Below are positions 48,086 to 57,311 of a stretch of DNA of 64,000 nucleotides, piece by piece; position 1 is the first letter of the stretch; the number at the start of each line of letters is the position of its first letter. A model generated the notes under the pieces. It did not search any database. It saw only the letters and a program-made list of their open reading frames with translations, and was not told where the DNA came from. The stretch spans positions 28,366 through 92,365 of the forward strand of contig CAYOZJ010000001.1 of NCBI GenBank assembly GCA_964408485.1, read 5' to 3'. The stretch is from an uncultured Gammaproteobacteria bacterium. GTDB lineage: Bacteria; Patescibacteriota; Microgenomatia; Levybacterales; UBA12049. Made by a program: the position numbers and the translations under genes.

Positions 48086-48964
48086 ATGAATCGAGTACCC
48101 GAAGGCTACGTGCCAGGTAATTATTCTCAAACTCCTGATGTAAGTAAAGTTCCACTAGTCGGAGGAGCGGTAAATGTACTATCTCAGGTGAATATGACAA
48201 GAAAGCGAGCATTGGCAGCTTCCCGGGCAGTTGCACAAACACCAGGAAGAGCAATCGAGGCAGGAAGAAACGCTGCACAACATGCAAGAACAGATATAAG
48301 CAGAGGCTTAACTTCTAAAACAAAAGCTATTGAAACAGGAATAGACCAGGCGAGTCAAGCACTTGCTGAACGCGCAGAAAGAGCAAAAGCCGATCTAGGT
48401 AATAGTATTACCTCTACGTTAAAGGCAGCTGAAGCTGCAATCAACACAAGCAACCAAAGACTTGACACTACTGGACAGAGGCTTGCCCAACGATTTGAAA
48501 CTACAATGACAAATCTAGATACCAGACTTAGTCATGTAAAGGCTGCTATTGAAAGCGTAGAAACGAAGATCGATGACGCGATGGGATTGAAAAAAACTCA
48601 AGCATTTTCAGAACCAAAATTACCTACACCCCCGACACACAGACAAACCAAAACTATTAATAGGCGCGAATATACTCCAGATGAAAACGCAGGACAAGAT
48701 GAAAGACCTAAAGTAAGAAATACTACAGAACCGAGCTATGTGGATCTGCGATCTCACGACTTAGGTCAAAATACTCTACGCGAGACTAGAAAACCTACTG
48801 ACCCTAATAGTCGTTCCAATGATCTTGAGCTAGGTGCAGATGGTAAACCATGGGATGTTGCCCTACGTGAGAGACTTGGCGTACCAAAACCAGGAACCTA
48901 TATTTCAAGTCCTGAGCAAAGAAAAGCAGAACTGCAAGAAGTCTTTAGACGTTACCATTTATAA
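48086..48964 (+). CDS. hypothetical protein, amphipathic helical repeats and disordered C-terminus
   Basis: ATG 48086, 6 nt after TATAAT; Ala/Thr-rich helices. Confidence 0.6.
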   Translation: MNRVPEGYVPGNYSQTPDVSKVPLVGGAVNVLSQVNMTRKRALAASRAVAQTPGRAIEAGRNAAQHARTDISRGLTSKTKAIETGIDQASQALAERAERAKADLGNSITSTLKAAEAAINTSNQRLDTTGQRLAQRFETTMTNLDTRLSHVKAAIESVETKIDDAMGLKKTQAFSEPKLPTPPTHRQTKTINRREYTPDENAGQDERPKVRNTTEPSYVDLRSHDLGQNTLRETRKPTDPNSRSNDLELGADGKPWDVALRERLGVPKPGTYISSPEQRKAELQEVFRRYHL

Positions 48965-48965
48965 T

Positions 48966-49988
48966 TTATTTCCCCTTATTACCACTGTGAAATTGCTTGT
49001 GAATGTCTCTTAACTGCTTATTTGTGATATGCGTGTAAATTTGGGTTGTGGCAATGTTTTTATGCCCAAGCATTTCTTGTACACTTCTCAAATCCGCCCC
49101 GTTAGACAATAAGTCTGTTGCAAAACTATGTCGCAAGGTATGGACCGTTGCATCAACAGGTATCCGGGCTATCCGCACATACTTTTTTACCATTCGCTCT
49201 ACACTTCGTGGCGTTAGTCGCATTTTCTCTCCACCATTCTCGGGCATTTCCTTACCAGAGTAGCGAATAAAAAGAGGCTTATACACGTCTTCTCTAGCAG
49301 CCATATATTTCTCGATCCAATCTGCAGCTCTATCGGAAATAAAGACCACACGCGCTCGTCCGCCTTTTCCAATAACACCAAACTCGCGTCTTTCTATATT
49401 TATCTGCTGATGATTTAACTTACATAGCTCAGACACACGAAGACCAGTCGAGAAGAGGAGTTCTAGCATTGCTCTATCTCGAATTCCCTCAATTTTGGAC
49501 GTATCGATACTCGTTACCATTCTGTCTATATGATCTCGCTCTAAAAATTTAAGGCTTCTAGATTCTGTTTTGGGTAAATCAATTTTTGTCGGCTCAAGTG
49601 TCTTGACATCATTTTTTAAAAGAAATTTCAAAAAAGACCGAAGACAAATAATGTAGTAATTTTGGGTAACGCGTTTCATCGTCATCCCGTGCAAGTCCAT
49701 TTTGGATGCTAAAAATACTCTAAATCTTCTTACTGTCTGCACGTCTAAATCTTCTATTGTTTTATGTGTCTGCGTTGTCCCAAACCATTCACCAAATACT
49801 TCTAAGTAGTGCCTATAATCTCTAATAGTAAGTTTGGAGCAATTTCGCTCAACAGATAAGTAGTCTAAGAAATCATTTATATGAAGGAGTAGGGAAGGGG
49901 GCATATTATTTTCAGGGGTAGGGATAGGCAAATGTGTTTCTTCGGGAATTACTGAAACAACTGGTGCTAAAACATCTTGGGCAGTCAT
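48966..49988 (-). CDS. Xer-family tyrosine recombinase
   Basis: N-terminal SAM-like domain; RDRAMLELLFSTGLRVSEL, GKGG, HTLRHSFAT, LGH, TTQIY. Confidence 0.93.
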   Translation of the reverse strand: MTAQDVLAPVVSVIPEETHLPIPTPENNMPPSLLLHINDFLDYLSVERNCSKLTIRDYRHYLEVFGEWFGTTQTHKTIEDLDVQTVRRFRVFLASKMDLHGMTMKRVTQNYYIICLRSFLKFLLKNDVKTLEPTKIDLPKTESRSLKFLERDHIDRMVTSIDTSKIEGIRDRAMLELLFSTGLRVSELCKLNHQQINIERREFGVIGKGGRARVVFISDRAADWIEKYMAAREDVYKPLFIRYSGKEMPENGGEKMRLTPRSVERMVKKYVRIARIPVDATVHTLRHSFATDLLSNGADLRSVQEMLGHKNIATTQIYTHITNKQLRDIHKQFHSGNKGK

Positions 49989-50057
49989 AGATATTGATGA
50001 TTTATAATTTATTATTTACCATTGACGAAAACTTTTATGGACATATTAATTAGAATA

Positions 50058-50135
50058 TTTTGCGACGTGAAAACTCATGTCGTAAAATGTAACAACCTCT
50101 TAACTTATTCTGCGACGTGAAAACTCTTTTGTCAA
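50058..50135 (-). promoter_or_regulatory. xer promoter overlapped by three putative Xer-binding arms
   Basis: minus-strand TTGACA (50135-50130), 17 bp, CAGAAT; arms at 50058-50068, 50077-50087, 50108-50118. Confidence 0.6.
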
Positions 50136-50162
50136 CTCTTCTACTTAGTGTACAATTGTTCT

Positions 50163-51005
50163 ATGAATTTAAGGAAAGCAATTGTTCAAGTTCAGCAAAT
50201 TGGTCTTGAGCATGGATTTACCATAGTCATTGTTGGAGGCGCGCTAGTGCGACTTATTGGTAAAAAAACAACAATTACAAAAATAGATGCAGACAAAAAA
50301 AATATTTTTCTTGAAGGAGCAGAAAATCCGACAACCAAAAGGGAAGACGCTAAAACAACAGTAGATATAGATTGTATTGCTTTCTCAAATAACCATGATC
50401 CTTTTGAAAAAGAAGTAAGAAAAGACTTCGAAAATCTGCAGAAAGATCTAAAAAAGCTACAACAATCAGACTTTCCTGCTATATCTCTAGAACCAGTCCT
50501 ATATCATCCATATTTCCCCAAACCAAATAATCTTCTTCAATTTGTCTCATCTGTTGAATCCTACCATGACCATGACTATTTTTTCCGTTTGGGAAGCATT
50601 AAACAGGATGTTAAGAAATCATCTCTTTCATTCTGGACATACACATTTGATAATTCAGACCAACAAATTACAAGCCTTAGTCCTTTGGCAATTCAACTAC
50701 GGTATAAAATCCGCGGATTCTCTATAAAACCTAAAGATAAAGAAAAAATATTTGGAAATAAATCAGCATTTGCTCAATTTACTGCAGGTTTTAATACAAA
50801 AACCAAGGACGCTTATAAAAATGACTATGCTGAGTGGGATAAATTTGCAGAAAGCGTGAGCAATGCCAAACAACCATCTCTACGACTCAAGAAAGCCCTC
50901 TGGGACGCGTATTGGAACACAATTGGCACATACCTCGCTCATGGTACAGGATTTGTTGGGAAATTGCTTTTGCCTCTTGGCAATACCTTCTTTGCGGGAA
51001 AATGA
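50163..51005 (+). CDS. hypothetical protein with nucleotidyltransferase-like motif
   Basis: IVIVGGALVR...TVDIDC (hGG...DxD). Confidence 0.55.
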   Translation: MNLRKAIVQVQQIGLEHGFTIVIVGGALVRLIGKKTTITKIDADKKNIFLEGAENPTTKREDAKTTVDIDCIAFSNNHDPFEKEVRKDFENLQKDLKKLQQSDFPAISLEPVLYHPYFPKPNNLLQFVSSVESYHDHDYFFRLGSIKQDVKKSSLSFWTYTFDNSDQQITSLSPLAIQLRYKIRGFSIKPKDKEKIFGNKSAFAQFTAGFNTKTKDAYKNDYAEWDKFAESVSNAKQPSLRLKKALWDAYWNTIGTYLAHGTGFVGKLLLPLGNTFFAGK

Positions 51006-51015
51006 TTGTTACCTT

Positions 51016-51195
51016 TTACCCACGCTCTGTATGAACCGAAGTTTGTTCTCTTGTTCTCTCATCGTGTTCTTTCGCAACTTCATCTGCTTTACTAAATTCT
51101 GCATACTTATTGCTTTTTCTTTCACCACCTTGACCAGGTTTTACATTTTTCCTAGCGTCGCGTTGTGCTTTTTGAAAATTTGACTTTGAAGCCAT
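51016..51195 (-). CDS. small charged orphan protein
   Basis: 59 aa from ATG 51195 (MASKSNFQKAQRDARK...). Confidence 0.55.
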   Translation of the reverse strand: MASKSNFQKAQRDARKNVKPGQGGERKSNKYAEFSKADEVAKEHDERTREQTSVHTERG

Positions 51196-51299
51196 TTGAG
51201 AAAATATAAAATATTTGCAAACCCTTGTCAACAGAGAGTTAATTGTGCATTTATCATTTAATAAAAACTACAGCTTTAATGAAAAAAGTAAATTTACTT

Positions 51300-52045
51300 T
51301 ATAAACAAGCACTGTTTATAAAACTTTTAAGTCCTGTAGTAGGGGATAGGACAATTTTTAGACCTGTCAAAAAGAGAGAATATTAAGCCGAAGAATGAAA
51401 GGTGTAATGACAAATGTGTCGTTATTTCTACAAAGTAATAAGCAGTAATCAAACCTCCTCCCCAGGACTCCAGCCTGAGTGACGTCGTAAAAGTATTATT
51501 GTGCGACGTTATTACATGAGCTTCCCTTGGGTCTTTACGTGGTATTTTTTGTCTTTTAAGACAAAGGCATTTGTCTATAAGTAACTCTTTATGGTAGGGG
51601 TAATAGACCTCTTCTCTAAGAAGAGAACGATAAATTAATGAACAAGTGTTCGTCCCTTCATGTACCTATTCGTCCTAAGGCATCCTAGGCCACTACTTTC
51701 CCCGAAAGGCCTAAGCAGCATTACGATTTGGTTGCCAATTAAGGCTAAAGTCTCTAAATTAGCTTCAATCTGTAAGAAATATGAGAGCAACTATGATGGT
51801 TTAGATTGATTTATCGACCTAAACTTTCCATTTTAGCCTCGAAATGCGAATAGTCGTTCGACTTTTTTTCATTCATTTCAGTACAGACTGTATCAAGAAG
51901 GAGGTACTCTTTCACATCACAATATGAATATTCACGCTTGTGCTACCCGCATATACTCGCTTTATGGTGAAGCATATATGCTTTCTTGTTTAGAGGGCCG
52001 TGAAAAGTGAGGCTTTAAAACCCGTGAAACCTCTTGAGTTATCCA
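51300..52045 (+). ncRNA. candidate large structured non-coding RNA (unidentified)
   Basis: ORF-free, dense hairpins, G-U wobbles mostly on the + strand, possible nested long-range helices. Confidence 0.35.
51482..51509. other. putative dif-like recombination site
   Basis: ACGTCGTAAAA-gtatta-TTGTGCGACGT, 11-6-11 inverted geometry, 1.5 kb from the xer gene. Confidence 0.6.
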
Positions 52046-52200
52046 CATTGAGCTTGTCGAAATGTCCTATAATTTTAGATATTTTATTATAGGTCTTATA
52101 GTTTATGTGTATCAAACTATATCATTTGAGGCTATTTTCCTAAAATACCCACTCTCCTCTTCCCTAGTTGATTAAGAAGAAATTTTTATTTTATTCGTAG

Positions 52201-52398
52201 CTAGTTAGCCTCAGAATTATTTGAATCCTGCTCATCCTTCATAAACTCTTCATGATGATTAATTGCTTCCTGAGCATTTTTCCTTCGACCTAGAGGTAAT
52301 GAATCATGCATTTTCTGTAATATTTCCTTTACTGTTTCATCTATCTTTCTTCCCCATTTTCTATGTTTGTATGAAGAATATCTATCATTCATTGCCAA
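52201..52398 (-). CDS. small orphan protein
   Basis: 65 aa overlapping the upstream stop. Confidence 0.5.
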   Translation of the reverse strand: MAMNDRYSSYKHRKWGRKIDETVKEILQKMHDSLPLGRRKNAQEAINHHEEFMKDEQDSNNSEAN

Positions 52399-53237
52399 TT
52401 ACTAAACCACAATAAAACAAAAACAGCAACAACTGCAACCCAAGAATACTCCCAGAGTACACTTTTAAAAAGCCTTTTATCTAACCAAACATGCGTAAGT
52501 CCGGTAAAAATATAAAATACAGCAGCAATAAAAAGAGCAAAAACAGTTGGTGGCGTTGGCCAAAACCACAAGAGCGCAGCAAACTCCGTCATACAAATAG
52601 TAAGGATACCATTCCACAGTAAATCATCCCGCACGCTCTTCCCTAGTGTATACGTCCAAATACTGTGGAGGAAAAATAAAAAGGTAAATAATGCAAATAA
52701 CCCAAGTGTTGGAAAAATACTAAGTCGAAAAGAAAAAATAGTATTTGTTACAAAAAAGTATGCAACAAGGGTTATGACAAAGGTAACGATTCTCGCACTG
52801 CTTAGTAACGCTATTGTGCGAATACTTCCTACAACAAAGATATTCTCAGAAAGCAAAACTGAGTACATTCCAATTGCAAAAAGTGAGGTAAGGATTAATC
52901 TTGTCAAAAGTCTTGCTGGCGCCAGAAAGTAGAAAAAACCAAAAGACAAACTCCATAAAAAAGGAAGGGTTAATGGATAGATTGAGAAATTTGAAAATAA
53001 GTCGTCACCAAGTGACATGATAACCAACAAATCTGTTACAACAGCAAGAATGCCTGCGAAAAGTACACCGTAGCCACTAAAAAGATACTCTGAAGAAAAA
53101 AGACCAACAGACAAAAGTCCAACAGTAATGACAAATTTTTGCCTTTTGCTCAAAGAAATTCTTGAACCATTTTCTTTTTTATGAGGTTTTGGTTGCAAGT
53201 GTGGCGGAAGCAACCTAATAAATATATTCTGTATCAT
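52389..53237 (-). CDS. polytopic membrane protein of unknown function
   Basis: about 9 hydrophobic segments; follows yebC. Confidence 0.75.
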   Translation of the reverse strand: MIQNIFIRLLPPHLQPKPHKKENGSRISLSKRQKFVITVGLLSVGLFSSEYLFSGYGVLFAGILAVVTDLLVIMSLGDDLFSNFSIYPLTLPFLWSLSFGFFYFLAPARLLTRLILTSLFAIGMYSVLLSENIFVVGSIRTIALLSSARIVTFVITLVAYFFVTNTIFSFRLSIFPTLGLFALFTFLFFLHSIWTYTLGKSVRDDLLWNGILTICMTEFAALLWFWPTPPTVFALFIAAVFYIFTGLTHVWLDKRLFKSVLWEYSWVAVVAVFVLLWFSNWQ

Positions 53238-53240
53238 CTG

Positions 53241-53960
53241 CTACACCATGTTTGAGTATGTTTTCTGTACGTCATCCAACTCTTCAATTCTTTCAAGCAA
53301 ATTCATTACTTTCTCGCCTGTTGCATCATCTACTTCCATTGTTACTGTTGGTTTAAAAATCAGTTCCATTTCCTTAACAACTATCCCCTTATCAGAAAGA
53401 CTATCCCTCACCTTTGCTAAATCAGAGGGATTCGTGTAGACAAATGCCAATTCGTCTGCTTCTTCTACATCTTCTGCCCCGCTATCTGCTGCTTCCAAGA
53501 AAAGATCATCAAATGACTTGTTACCCTTTTCTACTACTAATTGCCCCATTTTTTTAAATTGATAACTTACCGATCCCATGGCTCCCATATTTCCCCCATT
53601 TTTATTAAACGCGTTTGCAACTTCACTTGTTGTTCTATTTTTATTATCCGTTGCCGCCTCAACAATAATCCCAACTCCATTTGGACCAAAACCTTCATAC
53701 AGCACCTCTTCCATGACTCCTCCACCTTTCCCTGCTCCCTTTTCAATTGCCCGTTCTATATTTTCTTTGGGCATATTTGCTGCTCTTGCTGCCTCTACAG
53801 CAAGTCGAAGTCGAAAATTTTGTGCAGGATCAGGAACACCGCCTCCGGAAACAACGGCAATAGAAATTGCTTTTGAAAGTTTGGTAAAAATTGCGCCACG
53901 CTTTGCATCGTTGGCACCTTTTTGACGTTTAATTGTTGACCATTTTGAATGTCCAGACAT
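53241..53960 (-). CDS. yebC: YebC/PmpR family protein
   Basis: MSGHSKWSTIKRQKG, NMPKENIERAI, YEGFGP, TDNKNRT. Confidence 0.97.
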   Translation of the reverse strand: MSGHSKWSTIKRQKGANDAKRGAIFTKLSKAISIAVVSGGGVPDPAQNFRLRLAVEAARAANMPKENIERAIEKGAGKGGGVMEEVLYEGFGPNGVGIIVEAATDNKNRTTSEVANAFNKNGGNMGAMGSVSYQFKKMGQLVVEKGNKSFDDLFLEAADSGAEDVEEADELAFVYTNPSDLAKVRDSLSDKGIVVKEMELIFKPTVTMEVDDATGEKVMNLLERIEELDDVQKTYSNMV

Positions 53961-54108
53961 AAAATGCTTAGGGCATAGTGCCTAGTGCTTAGAGAAAAAC
54001 TCTATGCTCTTTGCCCTATGCTCTTTGCGTAATTATACCTCTTCCACCTTGACTTTTGCAATGAAGACCGTTACAATTTTTCAATTAGAAACTACTAAAT
54101 TCTTCAAA

Positions 54109-54774
54109 ATGACTTCTTTAAAAACACAAGCAATCCAAATAGCCCTCCTTGGTGATTGGCAACAAGCAGCGAGCCTAAATACGCAAATTATTAAAGAAAA
54201 TCCCAAAGATACCGAAGCCCTTAACCGCTTAGCATTTGCCCTGACTGCCTTGGGAAATAATAAAGAGGCAAAAGAAACATATGAGCGCGTTCTCATTCTT
54301 GATCCACTTAATCCAATTGCATCACGTGGACTTAAAAGAATCGCTACACCAGGTAGTCATGCTGCAATTCCAACACATTTGGTAAGTAATATGTTTTTAG
54401 AAGAGTCAGGTAAAACAAAAATTGTGAGCTTACTAAATACCGCTCCGGCAAAGGAAATTCATAGTCTGCAAATTGGTCAAACAGTATTGCTTTGCAAAAA
54501 ACGTAATAAAATTTTTATCCAAGGGGAAAGCAAGGAATATATTGGTGTACTTCCCGATGATTTAGGAAGACGACTTATTAAATTTATTGACGGCGGAAAT
54601 GACTACGAAGCATATATAAAGTCTGCCAACGATCATGGAGTTGTTATTTTCCTTAAGGAAACAAAACGAGCAAATCGTTTTAAAAACCAACCGTCATTTT
54701 TATTCGGTGACAAAACACATCTTTCTTTCAGCAAAACCCCTGCAAAAGTTCCTCAAGAGGAAGTTGAAGAGTGA
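54109..54774 (+). CDS. TPR-containing protein
   Basis: TPR helices (ALNRLAFAL...LDPLNPIA), then FLEESGKTK domain. Confidence 0.75.
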   Translation: MTSLKTQAIQIALLGDWQQAASLNTQIIKENPKDTEALNRLAFALTALGNNKEAKETYERVLILDPLNPIASRGLKRIATPGSHAAIPTHLVSNMFLEESGKTKIVSLLNTAPAKEIHSLQIGQTVLLCKKRNKIFIQGESKEYIGVLPDDLGRRLIKFIDGGNDYEAYIKSANDHGVVIFLKETKRANRFKNQPSFLFGDKTHLSFSKTPAKVPQEEVEE

Positions 54775-54861
54775 TTACTACTTTGCCAATAGGCATTTAT
54801 TGAAAATAGTATTAGCGGTGGCCAATTCTTCTGAAGCAAGTTTGCCTGGTGCTAACCAAGT

Positions 54862-55017
54862 TTATTTTTTCTTGTAGTAGTACAGCACTCTCCCCTTTGC
54901 CAATTTTTCCTTTACTTCTGCTACCTCTCTTTGCTTTTTTGATTCACGAATGAGCGAAGTATACGAAATAACAACAGAAATAATAACTAAAAGGAAAATA
55001 ACAATGGCAAGAATCAT
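54862..55017 (-). CDS. 51-aa single-pass membrane protein
   Basis: MILAIVIFLLVIISVVISYTSLIRESKKQREVAEVKEKLAKGRVLYYYKKK. Confidence 0.6.
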   Translation of the reverse strand: MILAIVIFLLVIISVVISYTSLIRESKKQREVAEVKEKLAKGRVLYYYKKK

Positions 55018-55021
55018 AGTC

Positions 55022-55810
55022 TTATTCTACCAGGGAAATACTTTTTTTGCCAAGAATAAGCGTGATGTCCGAAAGTCCAGGCTCTGTTGCATGGATAACT
55101 TGCCCATTAAAGAGCCGTTGTAATCGATTAATCGTATACGAATTTGTCTGCTGTGCTGAAATAGTTGTCCCGTCTTGTACGGAATCTGATGTAATAACAG
55201 AAATAACATTCACACCAATGGTAGTTAACATGTGGGCAAGCTTTGATCCAATACCACTTTCCCCTGTTGCATTCACAATGGTAACGCTTTCATTGTCATT
55301 GTATATAGTGGTATCAACAAAAAGACTGGGAAGCTCTTTTTCCGTCACAGTTGCATCAACTGGCAGTGTTATGGAAGCATGCTGAAAGTCACTGGGCTTA
55401 AGGGAATTTGTAAAAATGAGTAACCTTACTTTGTCGATGATTGTCATACCGCTTTCAGATTTTGTCCCAAAAAGCATTGTCCCAACAAGTTTTGATGTAT
55501 CTTGCATTGTATTCATCTGAATTGTTGCATCTGTGGGAATTCCTAGATATTTTCCAAAACCGTGGTCTGTGCTACCGGTAATAAAAAGTGTTACAACTGA
55601 TTTTTTGTCTGGATTAAATGCAATAATCTCGCCTCTAGCTTTACTTTCATCAACTTCAACAATATATTGATGCGCGCTATCAAATGCGGATGCCCGAAGA
55701 ACTAAAAATAGCTTGAGAAGAATTCCACTAAAAACAAGTAGACCTATGCAGATAAAAAAAATTACTGCAATCTTTAAACTTGCATCATGATGACTGGGCG
55801 AGCGTCTCAT
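55022..55810 (-). CDS. LytR C-terminal domain membrane protein
   Basis: N-terminal TM; VTIVNATGESGIG...DITLILGK. Confidence 0.8.
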   Translation of the reverse strand: MRRSPSHHDASLKIAVIFFICIGLLVFSGILLKLFLVLRASAFDSAHQYIVEVDESKARGEIIAFNPDKKSVVTLFITGSTDHGFGKYLGIPTDATIQMNTMQDTSKLVGTMLFGTKSESGMTIIDKVRLLIFTNSLKPSDFQHASITLPVDATVTEKELPSLFVDTTIYNDNESVTIVNATGESGIGSKLAHMLTTIGVNVISVITSDSVQDGTTISAQQTNSYTINRLQRLFNGQVIHATEPGLSDITLILGKKSISLVE

Positions 55811-55828
55811 ACTGGGCAGAAATTGAGC

Positions 55829-55966
55829 CTATTTTTCTCGTTTTTCTTTTTTTATTTGTACTGGTGCAACAAAGACAGGTCTTGTTGAAAGAGAAGACCC
55901 TGTACCACCAGATCCTTGTTTTTTCTTCTTTTTTTCTCTTTTACCAAAGTCTCCAAATGATCCCAT
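55829..55966 (-). CDS. 45-aa Lys-rich protein
   Basis: MGSFGDFGKREKKKKKQGSGGTGSSLSTRPVFVAPVQIKKEKREK; SD AGGAGGTG. Confidence 0.65.
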   Translation of the reverse strand: MGSFGDFGKREKKKKKQGSGGTGSSLSTRPVFVAPVQIKKEKREK

Positions 55967-56102
55967 TTTTTACACCTCCTTTGTGCTTTAATGGTAGCAA
56001 ATTAAAAATATATGAACAAGACCTTGATTTGATATAAATTAGGTAATAGAATTGCATTCAAATTTGCATAAAACAATAGAGAGTGATAGAATTATAGGCC
56101 AT

Positions 56103-56437
56103 ATGGCAATAAGAGCTGACATAAATCCCGAACCTTTCTGGAATGATGATATTCGAGTTGATAGAAATCCCGAACCTTTGCGATGGGCTGATGTTCGAGA
56201 AGAAGTTTTGAACAATACAGCTGGTGAAGGCGTAGGGCAAGATTTCAAGTAAAAAATGCAGAAGAGGATTCATATCAAACCCTCGAACGATTAGAAAGCG
56301 AGATCCATGACAGACATGCAGTTGCTGCAGCAGAAGAATTAACATGGAGACGACCTAATCAATCAAGAGTACCAAAAAGACGGGATGAACTTGATTTTTT
56401 AAAATTTCTACGTGAGCGAGGAAGACTCAAGTCTTAA
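56103..56437 (+). pseudogene. small orphan gene interrupted by a single frameshift
   Basis: first frame stops at 56252; the -1 frame is open from about 56228 to TAA 56437 with similar composition. Confidence 0.5.
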
Positions 56438-56438
56438 G

Positions 56439-57311
56439 TTATTTTTCTTCAAAAGATTTTAGCACTTCACTCAATTCATTCGGCAAAGGTGCCTCAAAGT
56501 CCATTTTCTTTCCATTTATTGGATGGGTAAAGGAAATATGCGCTGCGTGAAGAAAAACGCGAGGAAGTACCCTCCTGTCTTCTCTACTTACTTTCCTCCC
56601 GGCATATAGCTCGTCACCAAAAATTGGATGACCAATGTATTGCAAATGGACTCTAATTTGATGTGTTCTACCTGTTTTGGGGAAAAGCCTAACAAAAGAA
56701 AGGATTTCTTTTGTTTTAGGACTTTCTAAATACCTCTCGACTTCGTAATGCGTAACAGATTCCCTACCTCCAGCCACAACACCAAACCGCTTACGATTAA
56801 ATTCTAACCGTCCAACAGGTACATTTATTTCCCCTTTTGCTGGAAGAATTTTCCCATGGGCAAGAGCAATGTAATTTTTCTCAATTACTCTTTCTTTAAA
56901 TTGTTTTTGCAGCTCAATAAAACTATCCAGTGTTTTGGCAACAAGCATAACTCCTGATGTTTCTTTATCAAGGCGGTGAACAATACCTGCGCGGTTGGCA
57001 AAGGCGTCCTCGGGAGGTTCCCAATTGGGATTCCATTGTTCTGGTAAACGTTGTTCTTTAAGTAAACCCGCGCCGCCTGTCGACACTTCGTGCGCAGGCA
57101 AGCTCCTCACTTCGTTCGTCCGCTCCCATTCTCCTTCTTTTCTTTGCGTAATAAGACGGATAGGATTTTTAGGGATATGGAGGTAATCTTGCACCATCTC
57201 TTGCAAAGTAATGACATGTGCAGTTGTGTCTGAGTTATTTACAATTACTCCCGCAGGCTTATTAACAACGAGCAAATCAGTATCCTCATAGATCACATCA
57301 AGCCTACTCAT
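56439..57311 (-). CDS. RluA-family pseudouridine synthase with an insertion
   Basis: NKPAG, GIVHRLDKETSG, TGRTHQIRVH, LHA. Confidence 0.95.
   Translation of the reverse strand: MSRLDVIYEDTDLLVVNKPAGVIVNNSDTTAHVITLQEMVQDYLHIPKNPIRLITQRKEGEWERTNEVRSLPAHEVSTGGAGLLKEQRLPEQWNPNWEPPEDAFANRAGIVHRLDKETSGVMLVAKTLDSFIELQKQFKERVIEKNYIALAHGKILPAKGEINVPVGRLEFNRKRFGVVAGGRESVTHYEVERYLESPKTKEILSFVRLFPKTGRTHQIRVHLQYIGHPIFGDELYAGRKVSREDRRVLPRVFLHAAHISFTHPINGKKMDFEAPLPNELSEVLKSFEEK

Noticed and set aside
48966-49988. Phage or island integrase
   Set aside because: Length and motifs fit chromosomal Xer recombinases; there is no arm-binding domain, adjacent tRNA att site or mobile cargo cluster.
51300-52045. tmRNA, RNase P RNA, or group I/II intron
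   Set aside because: No tRNA-like ends, no GAGGAAAGUCC P4 strand, group I R/S-like words are in the wrong order, and GTGCG at 51501 has no domain V downstream.
52039-52047. oriC suggested by a perfect DnaA box (TTATCCACA)
   Set aside because: It is a single box adjoining a REP-like palindrome, with no cluster and no dnaA/dnaN nearby.
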